Shown here: piece by piece, positions 38,167-48,161 of the stretch | Numbering within the stretch: position 1 is the stretch's first letter | Layout of the letters: each line of letters opens with the position of its first letter | NCBI GenBank assembly: GCA_963816145.1 | Contig: CAWFJP010000014.1 | Coordinates: 192,001-256,000 of the forward strand | Reading direction: 5' to 3' | DNA from: an uncultured delta proteobacterium | GTDB lineage: Bacteria; Desulfobacterota; Binatia; UBA9968 | Length of the DNA: 64,000 nt | Notes under the pieces: generated by a model | What the model was told of the DNA's origin: nothing | Database searches by the model: none | What the model saw: the letters and a program-made list of their open reading frames with translations, nothing else | Made by a program: the position numbers and the translations under genes

Positions 38167-39219
38167 ATGAATCAGCGTATTCTTGGGTTACCATCAATTC
38201 TCGGTTTGGTAAGTTTATTTCTCGCCTTTGCGCCGGATCTCCGGGCGCAATCCGAACCGTTCTACAAGGGTAAAACGATCCGCATCGTGGTCGGCTCGAC
38301 GGCTGGTGGGTTTTATGACCGATGGGCTCGCCTTCTTTCCAGACATATGGTCAAGCATATTCCGGGACAGCCGGAAATGGTCGTTCAGATCATGGCGGGT
38401 GCCGGCTCGGTGATCGCCGCCAACCACGTGTACAAAGTGGCCAAGCCCGACGGTCTCACCCTTGGTATGCCTCTCAACGGTATCTATGTCGACCAGTTCG
38501 TCGGTCGCGCCGAAGCGCAATATGATTTGCGCAAATTCCATTTCATCGGTTCTCCGGCGGTCGAATCGAACATCTTTTACATGCGTGCCGATGCGCCGTA
38601 CAAATCCATCGCGGATGTAATCAAGGCTAAGGAGCCGCCCAAGTGCGGCAGCACGGGGACAGCCAGCACCGATTATATTCTTTCGAAGATTCTCGAAGAC
38701 ACCGTTGGCGCGAAGTTCAACAGCGTGTTGGGATACGCCGGCGGCAGTGAGATCGATATCGCGGTGGAGAAGGGCGAAGTGGTTTGCCGCGCCCATAGTC
38801 TCTCCGCGCATTTTGGCCGCGAGCCCTTCGACTCGTGGCACAAAAAGAATTTTGACCGCCACCTCGTCCAGACCGCGCGCAAGCGGGATTCAAACGCAGC
38901 GGATGCGCCGACGCTTAACGAGATTTTCGAGCAGTATAAAGTCCCGGCGAACAGCCGCCGTGTGTCGCAAATTCTACTGGCCTCGGGAGATTTTGGCCGT
39001 CCGATTATGGTGACGCCGGGGACTCCAGCGGAACGAGTGAAAATTTTGCGAGAGGCATTTCTCAAGACCATGAGCGATCCCGAAGCGTTGGCGGAAGCGA
39101 AAAAAGGCCGAATGGATGTCGAGGTGACTTCCGGAGAAGAGCTTGAATCGCTGGTCAAAGAAATCTTCGATTCTCCGCCGGACGTCGTCGAGCGCGCCAA
39201 GAAAATGCTGGCACAGTAA
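38167..39219 (+). CDS. Tripartite tricarboxylate transporter substrate-binding protein (TctC/Bug-like)
   Basis: FYKGKTIRIVVGSTAGGFYD, HIPGQP, GAGS, KPDGLT, PGTPAERV. Confidence 0.88.
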   Translation: MNQRILGLPSILGLVSLFLAFAPDLRAQSEPFYKGKTIRIVVGSTAGGFYDRWARLLSRHMVKHIPGQPEMVVQIMAGAGSVIAANHVYKVAKPDGLTLGMPLNGIYVDQFVGRAEAQYDLRKFHFIGSPAVESNIFYMRADAPYKSIADVIKAKEPPKCGSTGTASTDYILSKILEDTVGAKFNSVLGYAGGSEIDIAVEKGEVVCRAHSLSAHFGREPFDSWHKKNFDRHLVQTARKRDSNAADAPTLNEIFEQYKVPANSRRVSQILLASGDFGRPIMVTPGTPAERVKILREAFLKTMSDPEALAEAKKGRMDVEVTSGEELESLVKEIFDSPPDVVERAKKMLAQ

Positions 39220-39278
39220 TTTGGGGTCTTCAGGCGTTTCTTGAATCAGAGCTCGGAAATTGTACCGCGGAGGCGCAG

Positions 39279-41143
39279 GGCGTGAGAAAAAATCTCCAGC
39301 GGCTCATGTTCGTAGTATATATAGGAGCATAGTGAAGTTCAGAGCAAGAGCCGAGGTTTTATAATCAGAGTCGCACAGGAACCGAAGCGGAGGAGGAGAG
39401 GGAAGAGTGGGGATAGAACAGGAAAGGTTACCCGGATGTGAATCGGCGGTTGGAAGTGAAGCGCAAGCCAAGCAGAGGTCGGCGGCCAGGATGGGCAAGC
39501 CGCGTTACGAAGTGATCGACCGCGAGCAGCTGTGTTGGCGGCAGATCGATGTCGAGCGGCTGATCGGGGCCGACCATCCAGCCCGGGCGGTGTGGGAGTT
39601 TATCGGGCGTCTTGATTTAAGCGCATACCAGCAAGAGGCACGAGCGGTAGAAGGCCAAGCGGGACGGCCGGGATGGGAGCCGCGGTTACTGATCAGCCTG
39701 TGGGTGTATGGGTACAGCAAAGGAGTCGGATCAGCGCGAGCGATCGAAGAGTTATGTGAATGGGAGCCAGCCTACCAGTGGCTGACGGGATCAAGAGTGG
39801 TCAATGCCCATACGCTATCGGACTTTCGGGTCAAGCACGACAAGGCGCTCAATGGGCTGTTTGTGCAGGCCTTGGGGCTACTGAGTACCGATGGATTGAT
39901 CACGCTGGAACGAGTGATGCAGGACGGGACCAAGATCAGAGCCAAGGCAGCAGCGGATAGTTTTCGTCGCCAAGAGCGAGTCGAAAAAGCGCTCAACGAA
40001 GCCAAGGAGCAAGTGGCCGCGCTCCAAGCGCAGAGCGAAGAGGAAACCAGCCGGCGCATGGCCAAGGCACGCCAGCGAGCGGCCCGCGAGCGCCAGGAGC
40101 GGCTAGAGCAAGCGCTCAAGGAATTTGAGCAACAGGAAAAACAAGACAAGGACAAAGAGCAAAGACGAGTGAGCACGAGCGATCCCCAAGCGCGAGTGAT
40201 GAAACAGCCTGGGAGTGGGTATGCGCCGAGCTACAATGTGCAGATTGACACCGATGCAAAGAACGGTGTGGTGGTGGCGGTGGGAGTGGTGCAAGCGGGC
40301 AATGACTTCGAGCAATTGGCGCCTGGGATTGACCGAGTGCTACAGAACCAAGGCGAGACTCCCAAAGAAGTGGTCACCGACGGCGGCTATGTCAGTAAAG
40401 AGACGATCGTGGCGATGAAGGAGCGCGAAATCGAGTACATCGCGCCGTGTGTCGATGAGGTGGGCAAGGGACAGAGTTCCTATGACAACCGCGGCGTGAG
40501 CGCCGAGTATCAAAGCTCCCAGTTTATCTACGATGCTCAGAGCAATAGTTATCGTTGTCCGCAGGGAAAGATCCTGAAGTATGAAGGCAAAGAAGAGCGC
40601 CACCTGCAGCTGAGCTACCGGTATCGAGCGCAGAGATCGGACTGCCAGGGATGTCCGATGAAGAGCCAGTGTTGTCCTGGGAATCGAGTGACGGGGCGGT
40701 CGGTGCATCGCAGCGAAGAGTTGGCCGAAGTGGCCGAGTTTCGTCAGAAGATGGAGACACAACGAGCGCGCGAGATCTACAAAACCAGAGCCCAGGTGGC
40801 CGAGACGCCCAATCTGTGGATCAAGGCGAAGTTTGGGCTACGCCAGTTCAGCGTGCGCGGGTTAGCCAAGGTGGGGATGGAAGCGCTCTGGGCGTGTCTC
40901 ACCTACAACATCCGAGTGTGGATGCGGCTATGCTGGAGAAAAGCAGTGGTGGTGCAGCCTGCGTAGAGAAAAGGGAGAAACACGTCGTGTAGAAGAGAAA
41001 ATCGGCCAGTTTTGAGCCGCTCAACAGCGGTTCAAAGTTTCGCATCCGAATAATTACGGCAAAGATGAGTTTTTTCCAAAAAAGAAAAAACGCCGAGGCG
41101 TAGGATCAATCCAGATTACGATAAATCAATTTTTTCTCATGAC
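39279..41143 (+). mobile_element. IS1182-family insertion sequence (1865 bp)
   Basis: 15-bp imperfect IRs GGCGTGAGAAAAAAT / ATTTTTTCTCATGAC; flanking direct repeat CGCAG (39274-39278, 41144-41148). Confidence 0.85.
39407..40966 (+). CDS. IS1182-family DDE transposase
   Basis: DHPAR, GRPGWEPRLL, TLSDFR, QDGTKIRA, SDPQAR, PSYNVQ, TDGGY, CPQG, CQGCP, FGLRQFSVRG; start may be 39491. Confidence 0.92.
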   Translation: MGIEQERLPGCESAVGSEAQAKQRSAARMGKPRYEVIDREQLCWRQIDVERLIGADHPARAVWEFIGRLDLSAYQQEARAVEGQAGRPGWEPRLLISLWVYGYSKGVGSARAIEELCEWEPAYQWLTGSRVVNAHTLSDFRVKHDKALNGLFVQALGLLSTDGLITLERVMQDGTKIRAKAAADSFRRQERVEKALNEAKEQVAALQAQSEEETSRRMAKARQRAARERQERLEQALKEFEQQEKQDKDKEQRRVSTSDPQARVMKQPGSGYAPSYNVQIDTDAKNGVVVAVGVVQAGNDFEQLAPGIDRVLQNQGETPKEVVTDGGYVSKETIVAMKEREIEYIAPCVDEVGKGQSSYDNRGVSAEYQSSQFIYDAQSNSYRCPQGKILKYEGKEERHLQLSYRYRAQRSDCQGCPMKSQCCPGNRVTGRSVHRSEELAEVAEFRQKMETQRAREIYKTRAQVAETPNLWIKAKFGLRQFSVRGLAKVGMEALWACLTYNIRVWMRLCWRKAVVVQPA

Positions 41144-41199
41144 CGCAGAGGACGCGGAGTAAAATATACTTGATAAGGAATTACTCCAAACTCTGCGAA

Positions 41200-41335
41200 C
41201 TCTGTGCCTCCTTCGAAAATAAATCTGCAGGTAGGATCCAGGCGACGATTTGGCACGAAGGTTTCGTCATACCGGCGAAAGCCGGTATCCATCCCCTCCC
41301 TTCCTTGGATGCCGGCCTCCGCCGGCATGACGGTT
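41200..41335. repeat. REP-like doublet
   Basis: cgtcataccggcgaaagccggtatcca...tggatgccggcctccgccggcatgacg. Confidence 0.7.
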
Positions 41336-41445
41336 CGATGAAACAACCTGTGGGGGGGGTGCCGTGCAATTTCATACTCTGTAGACGAGCGTAAGCTCAT
41401 GAACACTCTGTGGTAAACATCTCTTTGCAAGAAACCCGGAAGAAT

Positions 41446-42489
41446 CTACAAACTAAACAGCCGCTTGGCGTTTTTGTAAAGGATTTTCTCTTTCACGGCT
41501 TCGGACAGCACCGCATGGTTGCGCAGATGTTCCAAGTTGCCGGGAAACTCGCTGTCCCAGTGTGGAATGTCCGACGCCCAGACAAAATGGTCGGCGCCGA
41601 CATAGTCGATAGTCGCGGGCAATTGCGACTCGCCAGGCTCGATGCTGAAATATACCTCCGACTTGCGCACTAATGCGCTGGGCTTTTCTTTGAGCAGCGG
41701 CATTTCGACCTCGGCGCGTTTCTCCCAGTGCTCGTCGAGCCGGTCTAAGTAATAGGGCAACCAAGTGGCGCCGATTTCCAGGAAAGCGAAGCGCAGTTTG
41801 GGAAAACGCACCGGTACGCCTTGGCAGATCATGCTGGTGAACTGGAGCAAGATGCCCGCGGTAAACGCGTAGGCGTGCACTTCGGCAAACGTGTTGAGTC
41901 CCTCGGCGCCAAGCTCGCGCGACCAGCTGCGTGTGCCGTGGATGCCGAGCACCGCGCCGCATCGTTCGGCGGCCGCATAGACGGGATCATAGAATGGATC
42001 GCCGAGCGCCAAGGGCAAACCGACCGGCAGAATTTCGAAGGCGGTAATGCCCAATTCCTTCACCGCGCGCTCCAACTCCTCCGCCGCCGCCTGCGGCGAG
42101 CGCAGCGGCAGCACGCCGACGCATTTGATCCGCTTGGAGTGGGCATTGTAGTCGGCGGCGAAATGATCGTTGCAGGCGCGCGCCACGGCGATTTGAAAAT
42201 GGAGCTCTTGAAGGCGGACTACGCTTCCCGAGCCGGTGGGAAAACAGACCGCGGTCTCGATCCCATGCTCGTCGAGAATGTCGTGCCATTTACCGACCTG
42301 TTCGCGCGCCGACAGCTTGCTCCAAGTCATTTCGGTGACAAAGCGGCCGAACATGTAGTTATCCCAAGGCTGGTCGCCCGGCCGCAGGGGCGTCGTGCGT
42401 AGATTCCACGGCGCCTTCAAGTGTTTGCGGATTTCACTTTCCTTCTCGATGACATGACCGTCGGCATCGATGGCGGTTATTTTGCTCAT
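41446..42489 (-). CDS. Amidohydrolase_2 family protein
   Basis: IDADGHVIE, ACNDH, FLEIGATW, WASDIPHWD, NAKRLF. Confidence 0.9.
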   Translation of the reverse strand: MSKITAIDADGHVIEKESEIRKHLKAPWNLRTTPLRPGDQPWDNYMFGRFVTEMTWSKLSAREQVGKWHDILDEHGIETAVCFPTGSGSVVRLQELHFQIAVARACNDHFAADYNAHSKRIKCVGVLPLRSPQAAAEELERAVKELGITAFEILPVGLPLALGDPFYDPVYAAAERCGAVLGIHGTRSWSRELGAEGLNTFAEVHAYAFTAGILLQFTSMICQGVPVRFPKLRFAFLEIGATWLPYYLDRLDEHWEKRAEVEMPLLKEKPSALVRKSEVYFSIEPGESQLPATIDYVGADHFVWASDIPHWDSEFPGNLEHLRNHAVLSEAVKEKILYKNAKRLFSL

Positions 42490-42537
42490 GGTTTACTCCT
42501 CCATAACTAGATTGTCGTGGTTGATGAGAATGCGATC

Positions 42538-42622
42538 TCACCACGAAGATCACGAAGGACACGAAGGTTTCGGAAAATCAAAATTCCGAACTTCGTGGTC
42601 TTCGTGTCCTTCGTGGTGAAAA
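42538..42622. repeat. 9-nt-period palindromic repeat, second copy
   Basis: caccacgaagatcacgaaggacacgaagg...cttcgtggtcttcgtgtccttcgtggtg. Confidence 0.8.
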
Positions 42623-42632
42623 ATAATCTTCG

Positions 42633-42800
42633 TCATTTAACTGCATCCAACAGTTTGACCAAGCGGTCGTTAAAAAACTGCGCTGGTGTGGCTTTTTGGC
42701 TTCGGGAATGGTCTCGGACAAAAAGTCGAGCATGCCCTGGACGCCGGGCTCGGAGATCGTCAGCTCACGGCGAAAGCCGGCGCGGCGATTATCGCGCAAC
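42633..42800 (-). pseudogene. C-terminal remnant of an NMT1-type substrate-binding protein
   Basis: ISEPGVQGMLDFLSETIPEAKK then, after a frameshift, ATPAQFFNDRLVKLL; resembles the tails of other SBPs in this window. Confidence 0.45.
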
Positions 42801-43033
42801 GAACAGAGAGCTGTGAAAAATGTCTTATCGTTCATGCGCGGCGCTCCGCATCGAGAGGACGATGGCTTCGCGAAAGACTTCCCGCGTGATCACGGCATTC
42901 CTGATTGGCGGTAGGTCTACTACAGCTGCTTTGTGTCGTGCAACAGCTAAGTTCTCGTGCGGCTCCAATTCGCTCACACAGATGATTCGGCTCGCGCCAA
43001 GATTCAAAGCAGGCAAAAACCGGATATCAGTTT

Positions 43034-44083
43034 CTACTTTACGCCGGCGGCCTGAAGGTACTTGAGTTCGACGAAGCGCTCGGCTGCGGGCAGGGGCTGC
43101 TTCAGCAATCCGGCTTCATTCATGAACGCGATGACTTGAGACAGCCCTTTGACATTGACCTCGCCTTGGATCGGTAGGACATTTTTCTCCGGTTCGAAAA
43201 ACAGCGCGAGGGTTTTCTCGGCAATGTCGGCGGGGGTATCGGTGGTTTCGAGGATGGTTTTGATGACCGCCTTGCGGTTTGCCGGATTGCGGATGAATTT
43301 GAAGGTCGCGCTCAGGCCGCGCAGGTAACGCACGCTAGTTTCACGATTTTTCTCGGCCCAGGAGCGGCGCGCTGCCGTCACTGTATAGAGAAAGTCCGGA
43401 ACCGCGTCGTTGGAAATGCCGAGGACGCGGAATCCTTCTTTTTGCGCGATCAAGTCCTGAGGCTGGCCAAGTGGGACTGCGTCGCACTCACCCCGCTTAA
43501 GGCAATTCCAGCGCGTCGGCGTGCCTTCAATGGTTTTGACGCGAAAGTCGCCGCTATTGACACCATGCATCGCGAGTAGTCTGCGTGTCGAAATCGAAAT
43601 GGTTCCAGCCTCATCAGCCAAGCCGATCAGTTTGCCTTTGAGATCGGCGAAGGTTTTGATTTCCGGTTTGACCACCAGGCTGTAGATCGGGTTGGTGAAC
43701 TCAGCGGCGATGGCGACCGCGTCGGAACCGTTGAGCGCGGCGCGAATCAAAAAGGGCACGGCGACATGGGTTATGTCGACGGTGTCGTCATGGAGCGCGT
43801 CGATCATCTTGTCCGACCCGCCGGGTATTGGGATGATGATTTTGAAATTCAAACCGGCTCGGCGAAAAAAGCCTTCGCGCTCGCCAACGAAAATCGGCAG
43901 CGAGAAGATGCTCTTGGCCGCGGAAATCGCTTGGCCGTAGCGCAGCGCGATGGATTGCGCGGCGGTTTCAAATCCAGTGATCGTGCAGAATGCGAGGACG
44001 AGCGGCAAGGTGAGCCAACTCTTAAAAAAACAGACGGCCTGAATTTCCTGCTGCGCGGGAATTACGGTTGGGGACGGGGACAT
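43034..44083 (-). CDS. ABC transporter substrate-binding protein, NMT1/SsuA type
   Basis: EGFFRRAGL, IYSLVVKPEIKTFADLKGK; start uncertain. Confidence 0.82.
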   Translation of the reverse strand: MSPSPTVIPAQQEIQAVCFFKSWLTLPLVLAFCTITGFETAAQSIALRYGQAISAAKSIFSLPIFVGEREGFFRRAGLNFKIIIPIPGGSDKMIDALHDDTVDITHVAVPFLIRAALNGSDAVAIAAEFTNPIYSLVVKPEIKTFADLKGKLIGLADEAGTISISTRRLLAMHGVNSGDFRVKTIEGTPTRWNCLKRGECDAVPLGQPQDLIAQKEGFRVLGISNDAVPDFLYTVTAARRSWAEKNRETSVRYLRGLSATFKFIRNPANRKAVIKTILETTDTPADIAEKTLALFFEPEKNVLPIQGEVNVKGLSQVIAFMNEAGLLKQPLPAAERFVELKYLQAAGVK

Positions 44084-44118
44084 GGAGCAGTTCGGGTTTT
44101 ATTTTAGCGGAAGTAAAA

Positions 44119-44547
44119 CTACTTCGCTCCGACCTGCTTCATGGTGCATTCGATTTCGATGGCGATGGGCGGGGTCTTGCTCGGCCGGGTTTTGAGCAAG
44201 GTTTTGGTTTGTTTATAACCTTCTTTGGCGCAGGAAATCGTCACATTGGTGGGCGAGATATTTTTGCCGAAGCCGGGTATGCGGTAGGCGCCGGCGGCGT
44301 TCGTGCGCGCGACCACCGACGGCCGGCCTTTAATGTCGGCGGTGACTTTGGCGTCGCGGATCGTTTTGCCCGCGGTATCCTTAACGAAGCCGAAATAATT
44401 GGGTCCGTCATCGTGATCGTGATCATCCGGACCGTTTTCGCCGCCCGCCCAGACCGCGGTGCAGAGCGCTAACAGCGAATAGACCAACAGCCTCGCTGCA
44501 ATGCCGGCGCGATCGCCGCAAAATTTCATAAACGTCCTCATTTTCAA
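44119..44547 (-). CDS. Secreted carboxypeptidase-regulatory-like domain protein
   Basis: Signal-like segment, FGFVKDTAGKTIRDAKV, RTNAAGAY, CAKEGY. Confidence 0.6.
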   Translation of the reverse strand: MKMRTFMKFCGDRAGIAARLLVYSLLALCTAVWAGGENGPDDHDHDDGPNYFGFVKDTAGKTIRDAKVTADIKGRPSVVARTNAAGAYRIPGFGKNISPTNVTISCAKEGYKQTKTLLKTRPSKTPPIAIEIECTMKQVGAK

Positions 44548-44566
44548 CCGGCAAGGTCCAAGCGTT

Positions 44567-44905
44567 TTATCGCAAGAAGAAAGTCCTCAATAGGTACGCG
44601 AAATTTACCATGACGAGGAACGGGATCAACCACGACCACATGGGCCTGATACGACCGGTGACCGCGTTGGGCAGGTAGGAGGCAAGGGTCGCAATGGCGA
44701 ATGCGCCGATCGCGGCAGTGGCGATCCAACCGTACCAATACATGGCCGGGCCGTCTTTAGTTTTTTCGACGTACAGCCCGAAACTTTCAAGCGCCGGGTG
44801 GTAGGTGAACAGCGCCCAATTGTTTTGAACCGCAAGCAGGTAAAGCGAGGCGAAAGCAACGGCGAAGACAATGACAAAAGTCGGGGTGGATCGAACCAAT
44901 ATCAT
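44567..44905 (-). CDS. Hypothetical membrane protein
   Basis: Three hydrophobic helices, LFTYHP, GPAMYWYGW; ATGA overlap with the upstream gene. Confidence 0.6.
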   Translation of the reverse strand: MILVRSTPTFVIVFAVAFASLYLLAVQNNWALFTYHPALESFGLYVEKTKDGPAMYWYGWIATAAIGAFAIATLASYLPNAVTGRIRPMWSWLIPFLVMVNFAYLLRTFFLR

Positions 44906-45366
44906 ACTTCGAAGCCTCGGATGTTGTTGAGGATATGGCCAACGAGGAAGCCCCACCAGACGATAAACGCCAGGATCGCCGTGACGACCTTGCGGCTCTG
45001 GGCAAGTTGCTCCGAGAGCGGTTGGCGCCACAGATACCAGTAGGCCGGTAGCATGCCCATGCCGACGGCGACTAGATGCTCCTTCAATTCGAAAACTCCG
45101 TTGGCTTTGTGCAGTTCATATTGTTCCAGGACGATTCTCACATTCAATCGATAGGTGGGGTAGATGATGCCACCGAGAAGCGCGGTGGCGATAAAGAGAA
45201 CGACGACCGCGGTGACGTAAGCGGGGGCCGACACCGAGCGCATGCGGCCGATGAAAGAATCCGCGCCTGGGCGCGCCGGCAGCCACGCGCCAATGGCTTG
45301 GTGCGTGATCGCACCGAGTAGGCCAACCGCGAGCAACCCGTGGATGATGAGCAACACGATCATCAT
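44902..45366 (-). CDS. Hypothetical membrane protein
   Basis: Four TM helices with His residues (IHG, THQ, KEH, GH). Confidence 0.65.
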   Translation of the reverse strand: MMIVLLIIHGLLAVGLLGAITHQAIGAWLPARPGADSFIGRMRSVSAPAYVTAVVVLFIATALLGGIIYPTYRLNVRIVLEQYELHKANGVFELKEHLVAVGMGMLPAYWYLWRQPLSEQLAQSRKVVTAILAFIVWWGFLVGHILNNIRGFEV

Positions 45367-45539
45367 ATTGACTAGAGGGTTGCTTTACTCTATGTCGCGG
45401 GTGGATGTCCAGCAGATTTGCCGGAACTTCGACATCGGACCGCGCGTTGGGGTTGAAATAGCAACCAGAGCGATTAGAGTTGGCAACGAACACCGCCGCC
45501 GGCAATGAGGAGCAAGCCGATGGCGTCGAGGCGTTAAAC

Positions 45540-46592
45540 ATGGGCGAAATTCTTGGTCTCGGGGTCACCCATTATCCCGGTTTGACGGCGCAGGGAAATC
45601 TCAGCCGCCGCATTAAGATCTGCCTAGCCGATCCAGCGCTGCCCGAGCGTTTTCGCGAGTTGAAAAATTGGCCGGCGGCGATGCGCGAGCAGTGGAGCGA
45701 TGACGAAGGGAAAGCCCATTCGGACGCCCATCGCCAAGAGATGATCGAAGGTTTCCGCATGGCGCGGCGGGCGCTGAACGAATTCAAGCCCGACTTTTGT
45801 GTCGTCTGGGGCGATGACCAATATGAGAATTATCAAGCCGACTGCGTGCCACCGTTTTCGATACTGGCTTATGATCAAGTCGAAATCTTTCCGTGGCGCG
45901 ATAATCAGCGCGGTTTAAATTCCTGGAATGAGCCCAAGGACAAAGGCTTTGTTATTCACGGGTATCGCGACGGCGCGAAACACCTGGCATCTTATCTAAT
46001 CGATCATGGCTTCGATATCCCTTACGCGTATAAACCGCTGCATCACGGCTTGGGCCATGCTTTTTCCAACACGGTGCTGTTTCTCGACTGGGACCGCCAA
46101 GGTTTCACGTTCCCTTTGGTGCCATTTACCACTAATGCCTACGGGCGCTACCTGAGCGCCAGCAAAGGCGTGCCGCCGACACCGTCGGCGGCGGCGAAAT
46201 TTCCGGGCTACGAAGATCCACCGGGACCGCAGCCCTGGCGCTGTTTTCAAATCGGCGCGGCGACGGCCCGGGCGTTCGCCGACAGCCCATGGCGGGTTGC
46301 CTTGATCGCGTCTTCAAGCTGGTCCCATTCCTTCCTCACCGCGAAGCATGGCCGCATGTATCCCGATGTCGAATCCGATCGGCGTTATTTCGCCGCGCTG
46401 CAAGCGGGCGATTGGGAAATCTGGAAAAACACTCAACTGGCCGACGCTGAAGACCGCGGTCATCACGAGCTGATCAATTGGTTTTGCCTGGCGGGGGCGA
46501 TGGCCGAGCTGAAACGTAAGCCAGACCAAGCCGTGTTCCTGGAATCGTGGATCACCAATTCCGACAAAGTGTTTGCCGTATTTCGGCCGTAG
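45540..46592 (+). CDS. Class III extradiol ring-cleavage dioxygenase (LigB-like)
   Basis: LGLGVTHYP, VVWGDDQYEN, GLGHAF, ASSSWSH, GHHELINW. Confidence 0.85.
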   Translation: MGEILGLGVTHYPGLTAQGNLSRRIKICLADPALPERFRELKNWPAAMREQWSDDEGKAHSDAHRQEMIEGFRMARRALNEFKPDFCVVWGDDQYENYQADCVPPFSILAYDQVEIFPWRDNQRGLNSWNEPKDKGFVIHGYRDGAKHLASYLIDHGFDIPYAYKPLHHGLGHAFSNTVLFLDWDRQGFTFPLVPFTTNAYGRYLSASKGVPPTPSAAAKFPGYEDPPGPQPWRCFQIGAATARAFADSPWRVALIASSSWSHSFLTAKHGRMYPDVESDRRYFAALQAGDWEIWKNTQLADAEDRGHHELINWFCLAGAMAELKRKPDQAVFLESWITNSDKVFAVFRP

Positions 46593-46700
46593 GGACAGTA
46601 AAGATTGAGGAATTGAGAATTGATAATGGAGAATTAAAAATTTGGCAAAGCGGGGCGGGAACTCTTAAGTTTCTAACTGAATTTATCGACGGAGGTGCCG

Positions 46701-47012
46701 ATGGTGATTCTCCACGTAACCATTCAGGTTAAGCCTGAACATGTGGCGCAGTTCCGCGACGTCGCGCGCTATGATGCCGAGCATTCGGAAAAGGACGAGG
46801 CCGGCTGCCTGCGCTTCGATGTGATTCAAGACCGCGACGACGCCAACCGCTTCTATTTCTATGAAGTCTATCGCGACGCGGCGGCGCTGGCGGCGCATCG
46901 CGAGACGCCGCACTTCAAATACTATGCGGAAAAGACTCAGCCTTGGCTGGCCGCGCCGCCGGAGCGCCGCTTTGGCACAAACGTGATTCCCGCCGATGCG
47001 GCGTGGCGGTGA
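46701..47012 (+). CDS. ABM-family protein (LsrG/quinol monooxygenase-like)
   Basis: EAGCLRFDV, FYFYEVY, AHRETPHF; RBS GGAGGT. Confidence 0.85.
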   Translation: MVILHVTIQVKPEHVAQFRDVARYDAEHSEKDEAGCLRFDVIQDRDDANRFYFYEVYRDAAALAAHRETPHFKYYAEKTQPWLAAPPERRFGTNVIPADAAWR

Positions 47013-47091
47013 TGGAATTTTGTTATGCGTCGCCCCAGTCCCTAAACCAGCTTGGTCCGGGCGGAAGAACTGACAATTAACCGGAGGTCGT

Positions 47092-48096
47092 ATGAAGGTT
47101 TCGCGAACCATCAATATTATCGTCGGTCTACTGTGGGTCGTTGTCGGCATCGTCGATCATGCTGCCGCCCAGGAAAAAGTTCGTTTGTCGCATAGCGCCT
47201 TGGAAACCAGCAATTCGGTGTGGTTTATCGCCCAGGAGCTAGGTTTCTACAAGAAATACGGCGTGGATTCCGAGCTGCTTTACATTCCCAGTACGACGAC
47301 CAGCTTAACGAGTCTCTTGGCTGGGGATGTTCACGTCGCCAATGTGTCGGGAGGCGCGGTGGCGAGCGCGGTGTTGGCGGGCGCGCAGATCGCCCTTGTG
47401 TCGTGCTATCTCAATTCGCTGCCTTATGAATTGGTCGTCAACGAATCGATAAAATCGGCCGAAGAACTCAAAGGCAAGAGCGTCGGTATCAGCCGTCTGG
47501 GGAGCGCGTCCGATGTGGCGGCGCGGGCGCTTCTGCGCGGTTTGAACTTGGAACCGGACAAACAAGTGCCGATCCTTCAAGTCGGCGGTTCGTCCGAAAG
47601 GGCGGCGGCGTTTCGCACGGGGCGCATCGCCGGATTCCCGTCGCCGCCGGGGATCGTTCACTTGACCAAGGGGATGCCGTTTCGGATTCTCATCAGCACG
47701 GCGGATTTCAAACAGCGCTTCGAGTTTCCCTATATTTGCGCGGCGACCACGCGCGACTATCTGCAAAAAAACCGCGACATCGTCAGAAGGGTGATCATGG
47801 CCCATATCGAAGCGGTGCACTTCGTCAAAACCCGCAAGGACGAGAGCAAAAAGATCATGTCCAAATACGCCCGCACGACCAACGAGGACTATTTGGAATC
47901 GGCTTATACGGCGAGTTCTAAACTCTACGATGCGGTGCCGCTGGTGACTCGGCCCGGCGTCGAAATTCAAATCCGCGAAGCGATCGCGACGGCGCGCAAG
48001 CCCGGCGCCCAGCTGCGCTTCGATGACATGGTTGATGAAAGTATCGTTCGTGAACTCGACAAGAGCGGGTTCATCGATAAGATTTACAAGCGCTAG
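47092..48096 (+). CDS. ABC transporter substrate-binding protein, NMT1/SsuA type
   Basis: Signal peptide, GFYKKYGVD, LKGKSVGISRLGSAS, DESIVRELDKSGFID. Confidence 0.85.
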   Translation: MKVSRTINIIVGLLWVVVGIVDHAAAQEKVRLSHSALETSNSVWFIAQELGFYKKYGVDSELLYIPSTTTSLTSLLAGDVHVANVSGGAVASAVLAGAQIALVSCYLNSLPYELVVNESIKSAEELKGKSVGISRLGSASDVAARALLRGLNLEPDKQVPILQVGGSSERAAAFRTGRIAGFPSPPGIVHLTKGMPFRILISTADFKQRFEFPYICAATTRDYLQKNRDIVRRVIMAHIEAVHFVKTRKDESKKIMSKYARTTNEDYLESAYTASSKLYDAVPLVTRPGVEIQIREAIATARKPGAQLRFDDMVDESIVRELDKSGFIDKIYKR

Positions 48097-48161
48097 TTCC
48101 AGCGCTGACCGGCATTCGGATGTTGAAAACGTCCGAACGGATACTCCGGGCGTGCGACGAT

